From: a virus
Taxonomy: Duplodnaviria; Caudoviricetes
IMG/VR virus record: IMGVR_UViG_3300035109_000020
Location: 1 to 47,363 of that record
Length of the DNA: 47,363 nt
Direction: 5' to 3' (one strand)
This document shows positions 1 through 9,153 of this stretch, in pieces. The position numbers and the translations under genes were made by a program. The notes beneath the pieces are model-generated. The model was given only the letters and a program-made list of their open reading frames with translations. It was not told the DNA's origin and did not search any database. Every line of letters begins with the position of its first letter. Positions within the stretch are counted from its first letter, which is position 1.

Positions 1-126
1 CGTCTCGTCCCGCTCGTCCGGGTCTGTGCAATTTATCCCCAGCGTGAGCTCGAACTTTTCAGCCATCGCCTCGCGCACGGCGTCGCGGACAACCTGCTTG
101 ACGTCTTCCTTTGTCAGTTCCGGCAT
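1..126 (-). CDS. Hypothetical protein, runs off the window edge (MPELTKEDVKQVVRDAVREAM...)
   Basis: ATG at 126 with GGGGAG SD, open to position 1, co-oriented with the late operon. Confidence 0.6.
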   Translation of the reverse strand, partial: MPELTKEDVKQVVRDAVREAMAEKFELTLGINCTDPDERDET

Positions 127-164
127 TGTCGGCTCCCCAGCCCGTTCCATCGATTCGCGCAGGA

Positions 165-623
165 TTACTGCGCGGCGACCGCGACCGTTGCCGCTGTCGC
201 CGGCGCCGGGATGGTCTGCGACGGCGCGCCTTTCGGCACCGCGCCCACTGCGGCCTGGATGGCGCTCACGAGAGGGCAGAGCTGCGCGGCGACGGCCTGA
301 TTGGTCGCGAGGATATCCTGGACCTGCGCGGCCGAGCTCGACGACGGCGCTGTGATTTTGAGGATATTGCTCGCGGTCTGGGAGGCGAGCCCCATGGCCG
401 GGGAGCATTCGGCTTGCACGAGGATATTGCCGACCATGAGCAAATCCTTGCCGACGATCGGCGCGTATTTGGCGACGGCGATGTTTGCCGCATTGATGCG
501 CGACGACGCCTGCGTGACCGATCCGCCCCAGTCGATGGAGCCATCGGGGTTGAGGGCGCATCCGGCGAGCGGGCCAGCGAGCGCCAAGGATGCGGCGGCG
601 AGGAGAAAACGGCGAAAAAGCAT
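165..623 (-). CDS. Lipoprotein in lysis region (possible spanin component)
   Basis: Start MLFRRFLLAAASLALAGPLAGC with LAGC lipobox and AAGGAG SD; spanin role is inference from position. Confidence 0.65.
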   Translation of the reverse strand: MLFRRFLLAAASLALAGPLAGCALNPDGSIDWGGSVTQASSRINAANIAVAKYAPIVGKDLLMVGNILVQAECSPAMGLASQTASNILKITAPSSSSAAQVQDILATNQAVAAQLCPLVSAIQAAVGAVPKGAPSQTIPAPATAATVAVAAQ

Positions 624-633
624 TGATCGCTCC

Positions 634-945
634 TTAGTCTTTTGCCCAGACATACCCGCGCAGCGCATCCCATTCGAGATGATGTCCGGGGTAGTGAGGC
701 TTGCTGTAAACGGGCTTGGCGCCTTCCGCGTGCGAGAAGGCTTCGAAGATCGCGCGCAGATGCGCGACGGCGCGCTGTCCTTCGTCGCTGCTGAAATACT
801 CGACGGCCGCCTCGACGGCGGGGGCGACATCATTCGCAATGGCCAGCGCGGAATGGATCTCTGCGAGGCCGGGGATCAACCCCGTCGCGTCGTAAGCGAC
901 CTTCAGGGCCGTGTTGAGCAGCATATTTTCAGTGTTCGCGTTCAT
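634..945 (-). CDS. Hypothetical protein
   Basis: 103-aa ORF, GAGG SD, in operon. Confidence 0.65.
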   Translation of the reverse strand: MNANTENMLLNTALKVAYDATGLIPGLAEIHSALAIANDVAPAVEAAVEYFSSDEGQRAVAHLRAIFEAFSHAEGAKPVYSKPHYPGHHLEWDALRGYVWAKD

Positions 946-1003
946 GCGGACCTCGCGCGAGAGATGGCTGCGCAGCGCTTACGAGAGCGCCGCGCGTGAG
1001 AGG

Positions 1004-1231
1004 TCAGGCGGTAATGTGCTTAACGGCCCACATGACCGCTTCTTCGATCTTGGTTTTCGCGACAGAGAGCTCGCGGCTGTTACCCAGCCCCGAAACGAAC
1101 TCATGGAAATCAAGGCCCATGTCCTTGATCTTCTGCATGTTCGCTTTTTCCGCGTCGCTCAGGACACGATATTGATGGCGCATCGTATTATTGATGGTCC
1201 GTTCGTCAGACGTGCTTTCGACAGATGCCAT
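1004..1231 (-). CDS. Acb2/Tad1-like cyclic-oligonucleotide sponge (anti-defence) protein
   Basis: YRVLSDAEKANMQKIKDMG resembles the Acb2 N-terminal helix; SRELSVAKTKIEEAVMWAVK resembles the Acb2/Tad1 helical hairpin. Confidence 0.75.
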   Translation of the reverse strand: MASVESTSDERTINNTMRHQYRVLSDAEKANMQKIKDMGLDFHEFVSGLGNSRELSVAKTKIEEAVMWAVKHITA

Positions 1232-1308
1232 TTTGGCTCATCCTTCTTTTTTGGATTGCGCGGAACCGCCGCGCGCGGACAGGCGAGGACTGAGCGCGCC
1301 GCGCGAGA

Positions 1309-1797
1309 TCAGGCCGCTGGCGGCGCGAGCGCTTCGGCGGGCGCGAGACGCATTGCGCCGAGCTGCGCCAGGATGCGCGGGCCGATCGTGTCGCCGAGCC
1401 ATTTGGCGATGACCGGCTCATGGCTGACGAGGTAGGAGAGCGCCGCCGCCGCGACGTCATTGGCGACCTTCACATCGAGCGTTTCGGTTCCAACGGCGCC
1501 CTTAACGGTCGCGATGCCAGATCCAATCGCGCGCTCGACCGCGTCGTTGATCAGGATGTTTTTGACCCACGGGACGCCGAGGCGCGTGGCGAGCCAAGTC
1601 GCCCAGCCGATAACGCCGTCGACGGTGATCGAGCCGATCCAGCCGGCAACCCATTCACCCCACGGGACGATGACATGCGTCGAGGCGGGAGCGTCCGAAG
1701 GCGGGGCCACAGCGGCGGCAGCATAGGCGATCGGCGCGAGGAGGCAGACCGCGACGAACGCAATCGCCCCCGCCGCGACGACGAGCTTTTTCAACAT
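1309..1797 (-). CDS. Membrane protein, holin or spanin candidate
   Basis: AGGAG SD; hydrophobic N-terminus (MLKKLVVAAGAIAFVAVCLLAPIAYA) plus a second Trp-rich hydrophobic segment; lysis region. Confidence 0.6.
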   Translation of the reverse strand: MLKKLVVAAGAIAFVAVCLLAPIAYAAAAVAPPSDAPASTHVIVPWGEWVAGWIGSITVDGVIGWATWLATRLGVPWVKNILINDAVERAIGSGIATVKGAVGTETLDVKVANDVAAAALSYLVSHEPVIAKWLGDTIGPRILAQLGAMRLAPAEALAPPAA

Positions 1798-1923
1798 GAG
1801 ATTTTCTCCTATTGCCCGGAGAGCGCCGGGCGCGTCAAAACAGCACCGCGACGATCGCAGCGCCGAAAAGCATGGTCGCAAGCAGCGTCGCCGCGACCGC
1901 GAATATGCAGCCCTCGGGGTCGG

Positions 1924-2145
1924 CTATCCCCAACCGCCAAGGTCTTTCGCCGCGAGAATGATCGTGAGAAACACGATGAGCCCCGCAACTTGGCTCTCGG
2001 GCGACGCGGGGCGCCGCGGCCGGTCGCCGAACCTCCATGGCCTGTCCCTCTCGCAGATCATCTCGAGCCAGATCCACACGGCGAGCGCGCATGCGGCGAT
2101 GATGATCAGCCACGGCGCGATGATGCGCGGCGACAAGCCTGTCAT
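1924..2145 (-). CDS. Small two-TM protein, holin candidate
   Basis: ATGA overlap with the upstream gene; two hydrophobic helices flanking a charged loop. Confidence 0.5.
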   Translation of the reverse strand: MTGLSPRIIAPWLIIIAACALAVWIWLEMICERDRPWRFGDRPRRPASPESQVAGLIVFLTIILAAKDLGGWG

Positions 2146-2333
2146 GACTTGGCCTTTCGAATTTCCCGCGTCTCGTCCTGAGAATCGCAATAGGCGCGGA
2201 TGACGGAGAGATAGTCGGCGCGCGTCATGCGCACGCCCTGGCAGTAGAGATGGATCAGCGCGTCGCGCGGCGACCATCCGCAAATGAAGTAGATCAGCAC
2301 GCGCGCCCGCAGATGCGGAGTTAGGCGGCACAC
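2142..2333 (-). CDS. Hypothetical protein
   Basis: 63-aa ORF coupled to its neighbours. Confidence 0.5.
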   Translation of the reverse strand: MCRLTPHLRARVLIYFICGWSPRDALIHLYCQGVRMTRADYLSVIRAYCDSQDETREIRKAKS

Positions 2334-2338
2334 GCCGG

Positions 2339-2629
2339 TCAGGACTTTGGGCGGCCATTCGGCCAGAAATGGCGCGGCGCGCAGACCTCACAGAGCGTCG
2401 CCTTGCAATCCAGACACCTAATTTCTGTTCCGTAGGCGACCGTGCTTTTGCATTCTATGCACGTGTATGCCTGCGCTTCGCGATAGGCGCCGATCGCCTC
2501 GGAAACGAGGTCCCAGTCTCGTTTCGGGTAGCCAGTCTCGGTTGGCTTCTCGCCAATTTTCTCGAAGGCCTTTTCAAGCGCAGCGCGCGTATCCCGCCAG
2601 TCACCGAAGAGCATCTCTCTTATTCCCAA
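2339..2629 (-). CDS. Small Cys-rich (zinc-finger-like) protein
   Basis: CIEC, CLDC and CEVC-x3-H motifs; true start may be the ATG at 2614. Confidence 0.6.
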   Translation of the reverse strand: MGIREMLFGDWRDTRAALEKAFEKIGEKPTETGYPKRDWDLVSEAIGAYREAQAYTCIECKSTVAYGTEIRCLDCKATLCEVCAPRHFWPNGRPKS

Positions 2630-2632
2630 TGT

Positions 2633-2934
2633 CTATTCCAGCGCCCGCACAGCGATGACGCCGCGCATCGAGCGCCCACAGCGATAGGCGACGCGGCCAT
2701 GCTCATTGCCTCCGACGCCGCATGTCCCGCCCGTCGAGACGTAGACCCCACACCATGGGCCCCGGAAGCCGGTGAAGTTCCCACGCCCAACGAAGCGCCG
2801 CGCGACCGAAGCAAAATTGCCGCGCGCGAGCGCCAGCCAAGAGCCGCCGAAGAGATCGCCGAGGAAATCCGCGCGCGCGCTGGCGTCGAAACGAGCGCAA
2901 GCGCCAGCGCGCGCGAGAGCGCGAACTTTTTCAT
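2633..2934 (-). pseudogene. Frameshifted secreted CHAP-like (TIGR02594-type) protein remnant
   Basis: Signal peptide MKKFALSRALALALVSTPARA; removing one GC from the (GC)5 run at 2871-2880 gives a 99-aa ORF with ARRFVGRGNFTGFRGPWCG and GGNEHGRV. Confidence 0.55.
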
Positions 2935-2987
2935 GCGTGCCTTTTTGCTATTGAGAAATCACGGCGCGACGCAGTGGAGGCGATAGC

Positions 2988-3638
2988 TCACTGGAACGGA
3001 TTCCAGCCGCCGTCTGCTGCGTTATTTGTGATGATGCGCGCGGCGACGAACAGCGCGACGAGAGCGCCGAGCGAGGCGACGAGTCTCATTCCACGCCCGC
3101 CGCGAGCCACACGCGCACCGGATGCACGCAGGTAATCTTCCGTGACCGACTCTTGCTCGTGCAGATTTTCGTCAACGAAATACACTGGGTAGCCCAGCGC
3201 GTTCGGAGGCGTCGCGGCGAGGAACTGCGAGCGCTCGGCCCGGCGGCGGTCCATGATCTCATCCGGCTTGTTCCACATGAGGAACGCGTCCGCCGCCCCG
3301 CGATAGTTCAGGATGTTCAGGCGCCGAACGATCGTCGATGCGCGAAAGGCGTCGCAGCCGATGTTGAAGCAGAGCGACACGAGCGCATCGAACTGGCCCT
3401 GCGTCAACGGCGTGGTCACCGCATGCGAAACGGCGAATTCATATTTCCGCAGATCGCGCGAAAGGATTTCATCGACCTGCGCTTTGGTGATGACGAGGCC
3501 AGGCGTCACCTGCGGCGCGCCGGCCGCCGAGGTGTGTCCGACGCCGATCGTCCAGACGCCGACCGTGTCTCGATAGGCCTTCGTCCTGAAGCCCTCGCGC
3601 TGGATCAGCAGCGCGCGGCCTTGTGCGCTCATTTGCAT
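2988..3638 (-). CDS. Endolysin, GH24 lysozyme with C-terminal hydrophobic segment
   Basis: EGFRTKAYRDTVGVWTIGVGHT (E-x8-D-x5-T triad), QFDALVSLCFNIG, RRRAE. Confidence 0.93.
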   Translation of the reverse strand: MQMSAQGRALLIQREGFRTKAYRDTVGVWTIGVGHTSAAGAPQVTPGLVITKAQVDEILSRDLRKYEFAVSHAVTTPLTQGQFDALVSLCFNIGCDAFRASTIVRRLNILNYRGAADAFLMWNKPDEIMDRRRAERSQFLAATPPNALGYPVYFVDENLHEQESVTEDYLRASGARVARGGRGMRLVASLGALVALFVAARIITNNAADGGWNPFQ

Positions 3639-3696
3639 GATTGGAATCCTTCGGAAAGGCCGCGCACGAGATGCGCGCGCGATTGATCAAGAATTG

Positions 3697-6162
3697 CTAG
3701 CCGCCTTGCATCGCGTAGCCGGTGAGCGAGCACGATCCGGACTCGGTTCCGGATTGCGGAATGATCCGCAGCGCCGTGATGGCGTTTGTGTCGGTCAGAT
3801 AGGCGCCATGGCCGCGCACAGTTTCATAATTATTGGCGCTCGACTCCATGCTCGAGCTTACCAGCTCCAAGGTTTTGTATTGCGACGTCGAGTTGTGGTT
3901 GCGAAGCCACATCGTGAACGACAGCGGGAAGGTGGAATTCGCCGGTAGCTGGTTGACCCCCAACCAAAGCCCCGTCGTCGATGTGTTGGAAAAAGCGATC
4001 TGCGCTCCGGTCCCTGTCGACGAGTAGCCGGCTAGCTGCGTCGTGTAGCCGGTCGTGTTCCACGTCGGCGTCGCGCCCTGGCCTGTCTGGATCGACGGCT
4101 TGTTGGCGGCCGAGAACGTCAGCCCGGAGCATTCCAGCCGGAAATCCCGATAGGCGGTCGGCAGCGCCGTGAAGTCGATCTCATTAACGGCCGAGACCGT
4201 CTGCGACTTAAACCACTCCTGGATGTTCTTGGTCGTCGGCGTGGAGCCGTCATTCAGCTCCTCCGTCATCCCGCACCAGTGGTTGCCCTTGACCGTCAGG
4301 GCGCCCGGGCGAAGGATGCTGTATCCGTCCGTTGTTGGCGTAAGCGCCCCTGCGTCGAGTTGGAGCGCGTATTTCGAGCGGTTCGAGACAGACTCGCCGA
4401 AGGGCGCGCACATTTCGTTATCTTCAATGTCAACCGTTCCGATCGCGGCAGAACCGACGTGGATGCTGGAATAAGTGTTGGGCGTTAGAGCACCAGTGCC
4501 GCCGCCGCCTGCGTCGAAGATCACAGAGCCTTGGACGAGGAGGTCCGCGGCCTTGATAAAGTCAATAACGTGCTGCCCGCCGGGCCTCACCTGAGAATCG
4601 TAGACGCGGAGGTTTCGAACAGTAGCAACGCCATTGGCGCCCGCGTCCGCAACAATATTCCCGATGGAGTTCTGGCCGAACTCGCCGCCATGAAGTTCGA
4701 CGTTCCATCCGGCCGTGATATAGACGTTGCGAGCATGCCGATCGATGTTTGGCGCAAAGAACCGCAGCCCCCCGGGGACATACCCGCTGGTCGCCAGATT
4801 ATCGATCAGGATGCCGACGCTGGCCCAATCCGTGTTATCGCCAGACCCCGCGACATACGTTCTCCGGAACTGCACTTCCGATGTGCCGGAGCCGATGTGA
4901 AAGCTCGTCGCCTGACTGCCGATCGTGGCGCACTGCGAGTTCTCCATGTTCAGAGAACTGACGACGATGGCGCCGCCATTCGCCAACGAACTGCCTCCGA
5001 GATTGTAGCAGTATTTCGCGGCGTATTGGATGTTGGTGTTGTAGACGTTTCCAGATTTGTAAAACTGAAGGTCGATGCCTATCCCGACCTTGAAGGCGTA
5101 GATATCGTGGATCGCGTCGACGCCGCAGCGCAGGCATTTGAGAGCGGTCCATGTGTGCGTCTTGTCGCCGATCCCGAGCGCGGCGCCATTGAACTGGAGA
5201 TTGGCGATCTCGCCGTTGTTGCCTGACGGATTGATCGACAGGATGGCGTTCCCGGCGCAGTTCGTCGTCGGCCGCAAGATCGAATTGTCCTGGCTCAGGC
5301 CGATGATGTTGATCGGGTAAGCCCCCGTGACCGTCACAGCGTCGCCAGACGAACAATCGAATTTATACTGGCCGCGCAGCACGCGCAGCGTGCCGCCGAT
5401 CGAGCCGCTGATGGCGTTGGCCGCCTGCTGCCACGGCACATTGTTGATTGTGGTGCTGTCTCCTTTCGCGCCCCACCATTCGGGCAGCACGTCTTGCGAG
5501 ACGCCAAGAACAATCTTCCCGGAGCCCATCGTCCCATTGTTGGCTCCAGTCGCGTAGAAAATCTGAGACGCCATCTTAGCGTCGACCATCGCATTGATGG
5601 TCAATGTGACGCCGCTGCCGACATAAATTTTTGAGCCGAGTCCAACGCGCAACGCAGGCGCCGTCAGCGCCGTGTTGGCATTGATGTAGCAGCTCGCGCC
5701 ATCAGGGATGCGCAAGGCATTAGCCGCAGCCGCGTTCGCAAGTCCAACGCCATCATCTAAGGACGAAGACGAGCATGACGCGCCGAAATCGAGGACGCTG
5801 TATGTGTTGCTTCGTGCTGAGATAATCGGCGATGGCTGGATCGTCGGAGAAATGTAGGCTCCTGAGCTCCAAACGACGTCGTAGCTCGCCCCGCCCGCAG
5901 CCCAAAAGCCGGCAATCGCGTTCGCGTCCGATATGAACGGATTCGATATGGCGTTGCCGCTCGCGTCGTATAGCGATGCTTTTGTCGTCGTCCCGCGCTG
6001 ATAAACGGTCGTGGACGCGCCAGGGATCGGAATTCCCGTCGAATAGTTTCCGTTAAAGCGGACGGTCCAAATCTGATAGTGCACATTATCGGCCATCGCC
6101 ATAGCAGGGGATAGCACGAGCAAAATCAGCGCGAGCGCGAGCCCGCGAAGCGTATTGGCCAT
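3697..6162 (-). CDS. Tailspike/tail fibre with pectate-lyase-like beta-helix (depolymerase)
   Basis: YSVLDFGA and PEWWGAKGD beta-helix entry motifs; G/N/S/T-rich repeats; follows the tail-tip gene; GAGG SD before ATG 6162. Confidence 0.8.
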   Translation of the reverse strand: MANTLRGLALALILLVLSPAMAMADNVHYQIWTVRFNGNYSTGIPIPGASTTVYQRGTTTKASLYDASGNAISNPFISDANAIAGFWAAGGASYDVVWSSGAYISPTIQPSPIISARSNTYSVLDFGASCSSSSLDDGVGLANAAAANALRIPDGASCYINANTALTAPALRVGLGSKIYVGSGVTLTINAMVDAKMASQIFYATGANNGTMGSGKIVLGVSQDVLPEWWGAKGDSTTINNVPWQQAANAISGSIGGTLRVLRGQYKFDCSSGDAVTVTGAYPINIIGLSQDNSILRPTTNCAGNAILSINPSGNNGEIANLQFNGAALGIGDKTHTWTALKCLRCGVDAIHDIYAFKVGIGIDLQFYKSGNVYNTNIQYAAKYCYNLGGSSLANGGAIVVSSLNMENSQCATIGSQATSFHIGSGTSEVQFRRTYVAGSGDNTDWASVGILIDNLATSGYVPGGLRFFAPNIDRHARNVYITAGWNVELHGGEFGQNSIGNIVADAGANGVATVRNLRVYDSQVRPGGQHVIDFIKAADLLVQGSVIFDAGGGGTGALTPNTYSSIHVGSAAIGTVDIEDNEMCAPFGESVSNRSKYALQLDAGALTPTTDGYSILRPGALTVKGNHWCGMTEELNDGSTPTTKNIQEWFKSQTVSAVNEIDFTALPTAYRDFRLECSGLTFSAANKPSIQTGQGATPTWNTTGYTTQLAGYSSTGTGAQIAFSNTSTTGLWLGVNQLPANSTFPLSFTMWLRNHNSTSQYKTLELVSSSMESSANNYETVRGHGAYLTDTNAITALRIIPQSGTESGSCSLTGYAMQGG

Positions 6163-6175
6163 TTTTTGCCTCGTA

Positions 6176-8704
6176 TTAGATTGTGATGTAGGTGATGGAG
6201 ACTTGCACCGTGCCGCCGCTGAAGCTGCCGCCGATCGGTGTGAGCACAAGCTCCGTGGGCGCGCTCCAGAGCTGATTGCTCATGGGCATGCTGTTGGTCG
6301 CTCCGTTCCCGACGCCATTGTTGCCCCATGTCCCGCTCGTCGGGCCAGCGGCGCCGAGCGGCGTATATTGCGGGTCGACGTTGTATAAGGTGGGTCCGGA
6401 GACGGCCGTCAGATTTTTGACGGTGACGTTGGTGATGTAGCTGTTCGCCGGCAGGGTGAGCGGCACAATGACCGACGCTCCGGACGCGGATACGGTCGTG
6501 GAGGGGTTGGACTCCTGATAGCCGTTTCCGCTCGCCGAATAGGTGAAGACGGCGCAGGTCGACAAATCCTGCACGCCGCCGCCATAGCGGTTGAAGCTCT
6601 GAAACTTGAAATAGATCGTCCGCCCGACATATTGGGCCGGCAGGTCCATGTGCGCGATATTGGAGAGCTGCGAGAAAGCCGATCCCGTCGCCCACGCGGC
6701 CGGCGTCGTCCCGTAAAGTCCGCGCTGGATGTTGGTGAGATTATAGGCGTTTGCGCCGGTCAGCGTCGCCGTCTCGAAGGCGACGAGCTCGCCATTTGAT
6801 CCGCCGAGGAGCGCGAGATTCGCCGCGCCCGCCTGGGCGTTTATGGCGGAGGTCGATGATAGAGGCTGGCCGCTCTGCGATAGATTGACGGACAGCGCAT
6901 GGCCCGTGTCCCAGCCGCTGGCGTTCGGGAAATTCGCCGACAAAACGCCAGACGGCATGGCGCCGTCGATGCGCCCGATCTGCGAGTAGCTCGACCCATC
7001 GAGAGACGCCCACACATAGGCGCCTCCCCAATTCGGATCAGGCACGCCGCCAATGCCTCCTGATGCGCCGAGCCATATTTGCGCGACGCCATTCGAAGCC
7101 GCGAGGGGCGGCTCATAAATCAGGACCGAATTGACCGGCTCTGCGGGGACCGCCGCATTGGCGGCGCCCGTATTGGTGCCCGAGGTGATGTTGACGCCTG
7201 GCGTCGATACGCCTTGCGTAAATTGCTCGGCGATGAAATCAAGTGTGCCATCGTCTTTTTCATGAATCTCCGTGATGCGGACGAGCTCCTGATTAAGGCC
7301 GAGGTCAGGGTCCGTCAGCGCTACAATGTCCATCGGATCGAGAAGGCAATAACGCCAGTCGAGCGTGAATTTGTAAGTCTTTCGGATATAGAGCGCGCGT
7401 TGAAGGGCGATCTGCGCGATGATCGACGCGACATTGAGATCGCATATTTCATGCGCGGTGATCGTCGATGCGACACGGAGTCCGATCGATTGCGACGCTG
7501 CGAGATCGCGCGCATAGACGGGCGTCGGATTATATTGCGGCTGGCCCTGCGGCTGCGGCAGAGAGCCGCCGCCACCGCGGCCCGCCAGCGCCGTCAGCGC
7601 CGCGATCTGGTCATTGACCTGCTCGACGACGAGCGCTGTCGACACATTGACGCCCGCCCGGTTGAGCACCTCTACAGGCTGGACGGTCGGCAGCGCGAAA
7701 GGATCGACGCGATCGATTAGGACAGGGTCTTCGCCGTCCTTGTAGATGAAGACATTGTCGTCGAGATAAGCGACGGGGACAATGGGTGCGACCCACTGCG
7801 TGCCGTCCACGCCGAAGATGTTCATATCCCCGTAAGGGACGATCTTGAGCAGTCCTCCAGAGAAGAAAGGCCCGAGGTTCAGCAGCTGCATCCAGCGCGT
7901 CAGGATCGTGTTCGCCGGCTCTTGCTGGACCACCTGCGGCGAGAAGCAAAGGCTGAGGGCTCGACAATAGGTCTGCGTCGAGGAGTCGCCGCTCGCACCA
8001 AGCAACGTCGCCGCATCGAGCTCTTCCGCCGGAAAGCCCGCGCCATATTGTGGATTGGTGAGGAAATCCTGAATGACGAGCGCCGGGTCGGCGTCGATCC
8101 CATTGGCTCCAGTTCCGTAAAAGCGTCCCGCGACCTCGAATTGCAGCGAGCCGACGCTCGCCGACTCCCCGAGATTGAATAGCGCTGCGGCGAGATAGGC
8201 GACCCCGCGATAGGGGATCGCCGAGCTGGAGAGCGGATTGCCGCCGCTGCCGAGATAGGACCAAGCGGCCTGCGTTGACGTTCCGGTGAAAAGGCTTGTC
8301 ACCTGGGGCCAGATCGGCAACGTCAGGCCGAGCGGATTGGGCGAGCCGAAGCCATAGATATACTGGCTCTGTCCAACGAAGACCTGACCGATGCCCGTAA
8401 TCGGCCCCTCGCAAAGCGCCATTTGTAGGTCGGCGGTGTAGTAATAGCCGACGATCTGCAGCTGGGTGCTACCACCACCGCCACCGCCGAAAATTCCACC
8501 GCCCTTACCCGCTTTCTGCTGCGCCTGGTAAATCGGCCATGTGAGAAAATTGGCATAGTAGATGATGTTGAGTCCGAGCTTCGAAAGCCCATAAACGATC
8601 GGGATTGGAAGCGAATTCGCCGAGGTCGGCAGCTGGATGCCGGTATATTGCGGATACACGGCCGACGACTGCGTCGACGCGTGCGGGGAGCGCAGCAGGC
8701 TCAA
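6176..8704 (-). CDS. Tail tip/baseplate hub protein (GTA megatron/gpJ-like)
   Basis: PIPIVYG, ALCEGPI, YRGVAY, LDPMDIV, RGLYGT motifs; TTG start overlaps the NlpC/P60 stop, with GAGG SD. Confidence 0.85.
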   Translation of the reverse strand: MSLLRSPHASTQSSAVYPQYTGIQLPTSANSLPIPIVYGLSKLGLNIIYYANFLTWPIYQAQQKAGKGGGIFGGGGGGSTQLQIVGYYYTADLQMALCEGPITGIGQVFVGQSQYIYGFGSPNPLGLTLPIWPQVTSLFTGTSTQAAWSYLGSGGNPLSSSAIPYRGVAYLAAALFNLGESASVGSLQFEVAGRFYGTGANGIDADPALVIQDFLTNPQYGAGFPAEELDAATLLGASGDSSTQTYCRALSLCFSPQVVQQEPANTILTRWMQLLNLGPFFSGGLLKIVPYGDMNIFGVDGTQWVAPIVPVAYLDDNVFIYKDGEDPVLIDRVDPFALPTVQPVEVLNRAGVNVSTALVVEQVNDQIAALTALAGRGGGGSLPQPQGQPQYNPTPVYARDLAASQSIGLRVASTITAHEICDLNVASIIAQIALQRALYIRKTYKFTLDWRYCLLDPMDIVALTDPDLGLNQELVRITEIHEKDDGTLDFIAEQFTQGVSTPGVNITSGTNTGAANAAVPAEPVNSVLIYEPPLAASNGVAQIWLGASGGIGGVPDPNWGGAYVWASLDGSSYSQIGRIDGAMPSGVLSANFPNASGWDTGHALSVNLSQSGQPLSSTSAINAQAGAANLALLGGSNGELVAFETATLTGANAYNLTNIQRGLYGTTPAAWATGSAFSQLSNIAHMDLPAQYVGRTIYFKFQSFNRYGGGVQDLSTCAVFTYSASGNGYQESNPSTTVSASGASVIVPLTLPANSYITNVTVKNLTAVSGPTLYNVDPQYTPLGAAGPTSGTWGNNGVGNGATNSMPMSNQLWSAPTELVLTPIGGSFSGGTVQVSITYITI

Positions 8705-9153
8705 TGCGCGTCCTCGACGACGGAGGCGATGATCGCCGTCTTCAGCCGCTCGAAGAGGTCTACGGACGTCGCTATCTCTTCTTCCACCACCCTGCCATAT
8801 TGCAGCACAGCGTGGACGATCGTCAGCGGCTCCGCGCGCGTCACGATGGCGCCGTGCGAGTAGCAGCGCCCGACGCGAAAGATGACGGCGTCGCCGGGCA
8901 GCGGCGCTTCGACGCGATGCGCGCGGGAGAGCAACGCATCGGCGTAACGCTCTTCGTCGCGGTGCAAATGCCAATCGTGCGGATAGGGGCGCGGGTCGAA
9001 AGGCTCGGCGAGGCCGAGATCGACATAGACGCGCAGGAGAAGCATGGCACAATCCACCCCGACGCCCTTCACATCGGCGGCATGGTGGTAGGGCGTGTCG
9101 AGCCAGGACCGCGCTTCCGCAACGATCTTTTGGCGCAAATCCGATGTGGTCAT
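8701..9153 (-). CDS. NlpC/P60 tail-associated peptidase
   Basis: WLDTPYHH...GVDC...SHGAI...IVHA catalytic pattern. Confidence 0.9.
   Translation of the reverse strand: MTTSDLRQKIVAEARSWLDTPYHHAADVKGVGVDCAMLLLRVYVDLGLAEPFDPRPYPHDWHLHRDEERYADALLSRAHRVEAPLPGDAVIFRVGRCYSHGAIVTRAEPLTIVHAVLQYGRVVEEEIATSVDLFERLKTAIIASVVEDAH

Noticed and set aside
1835-1935. Hydrophobic peptide ADPEGCIFAVAATLLATMLFGAAIVAVLF
   Set aside because: Looks like a TM helix but has no convincing start or SD; not called
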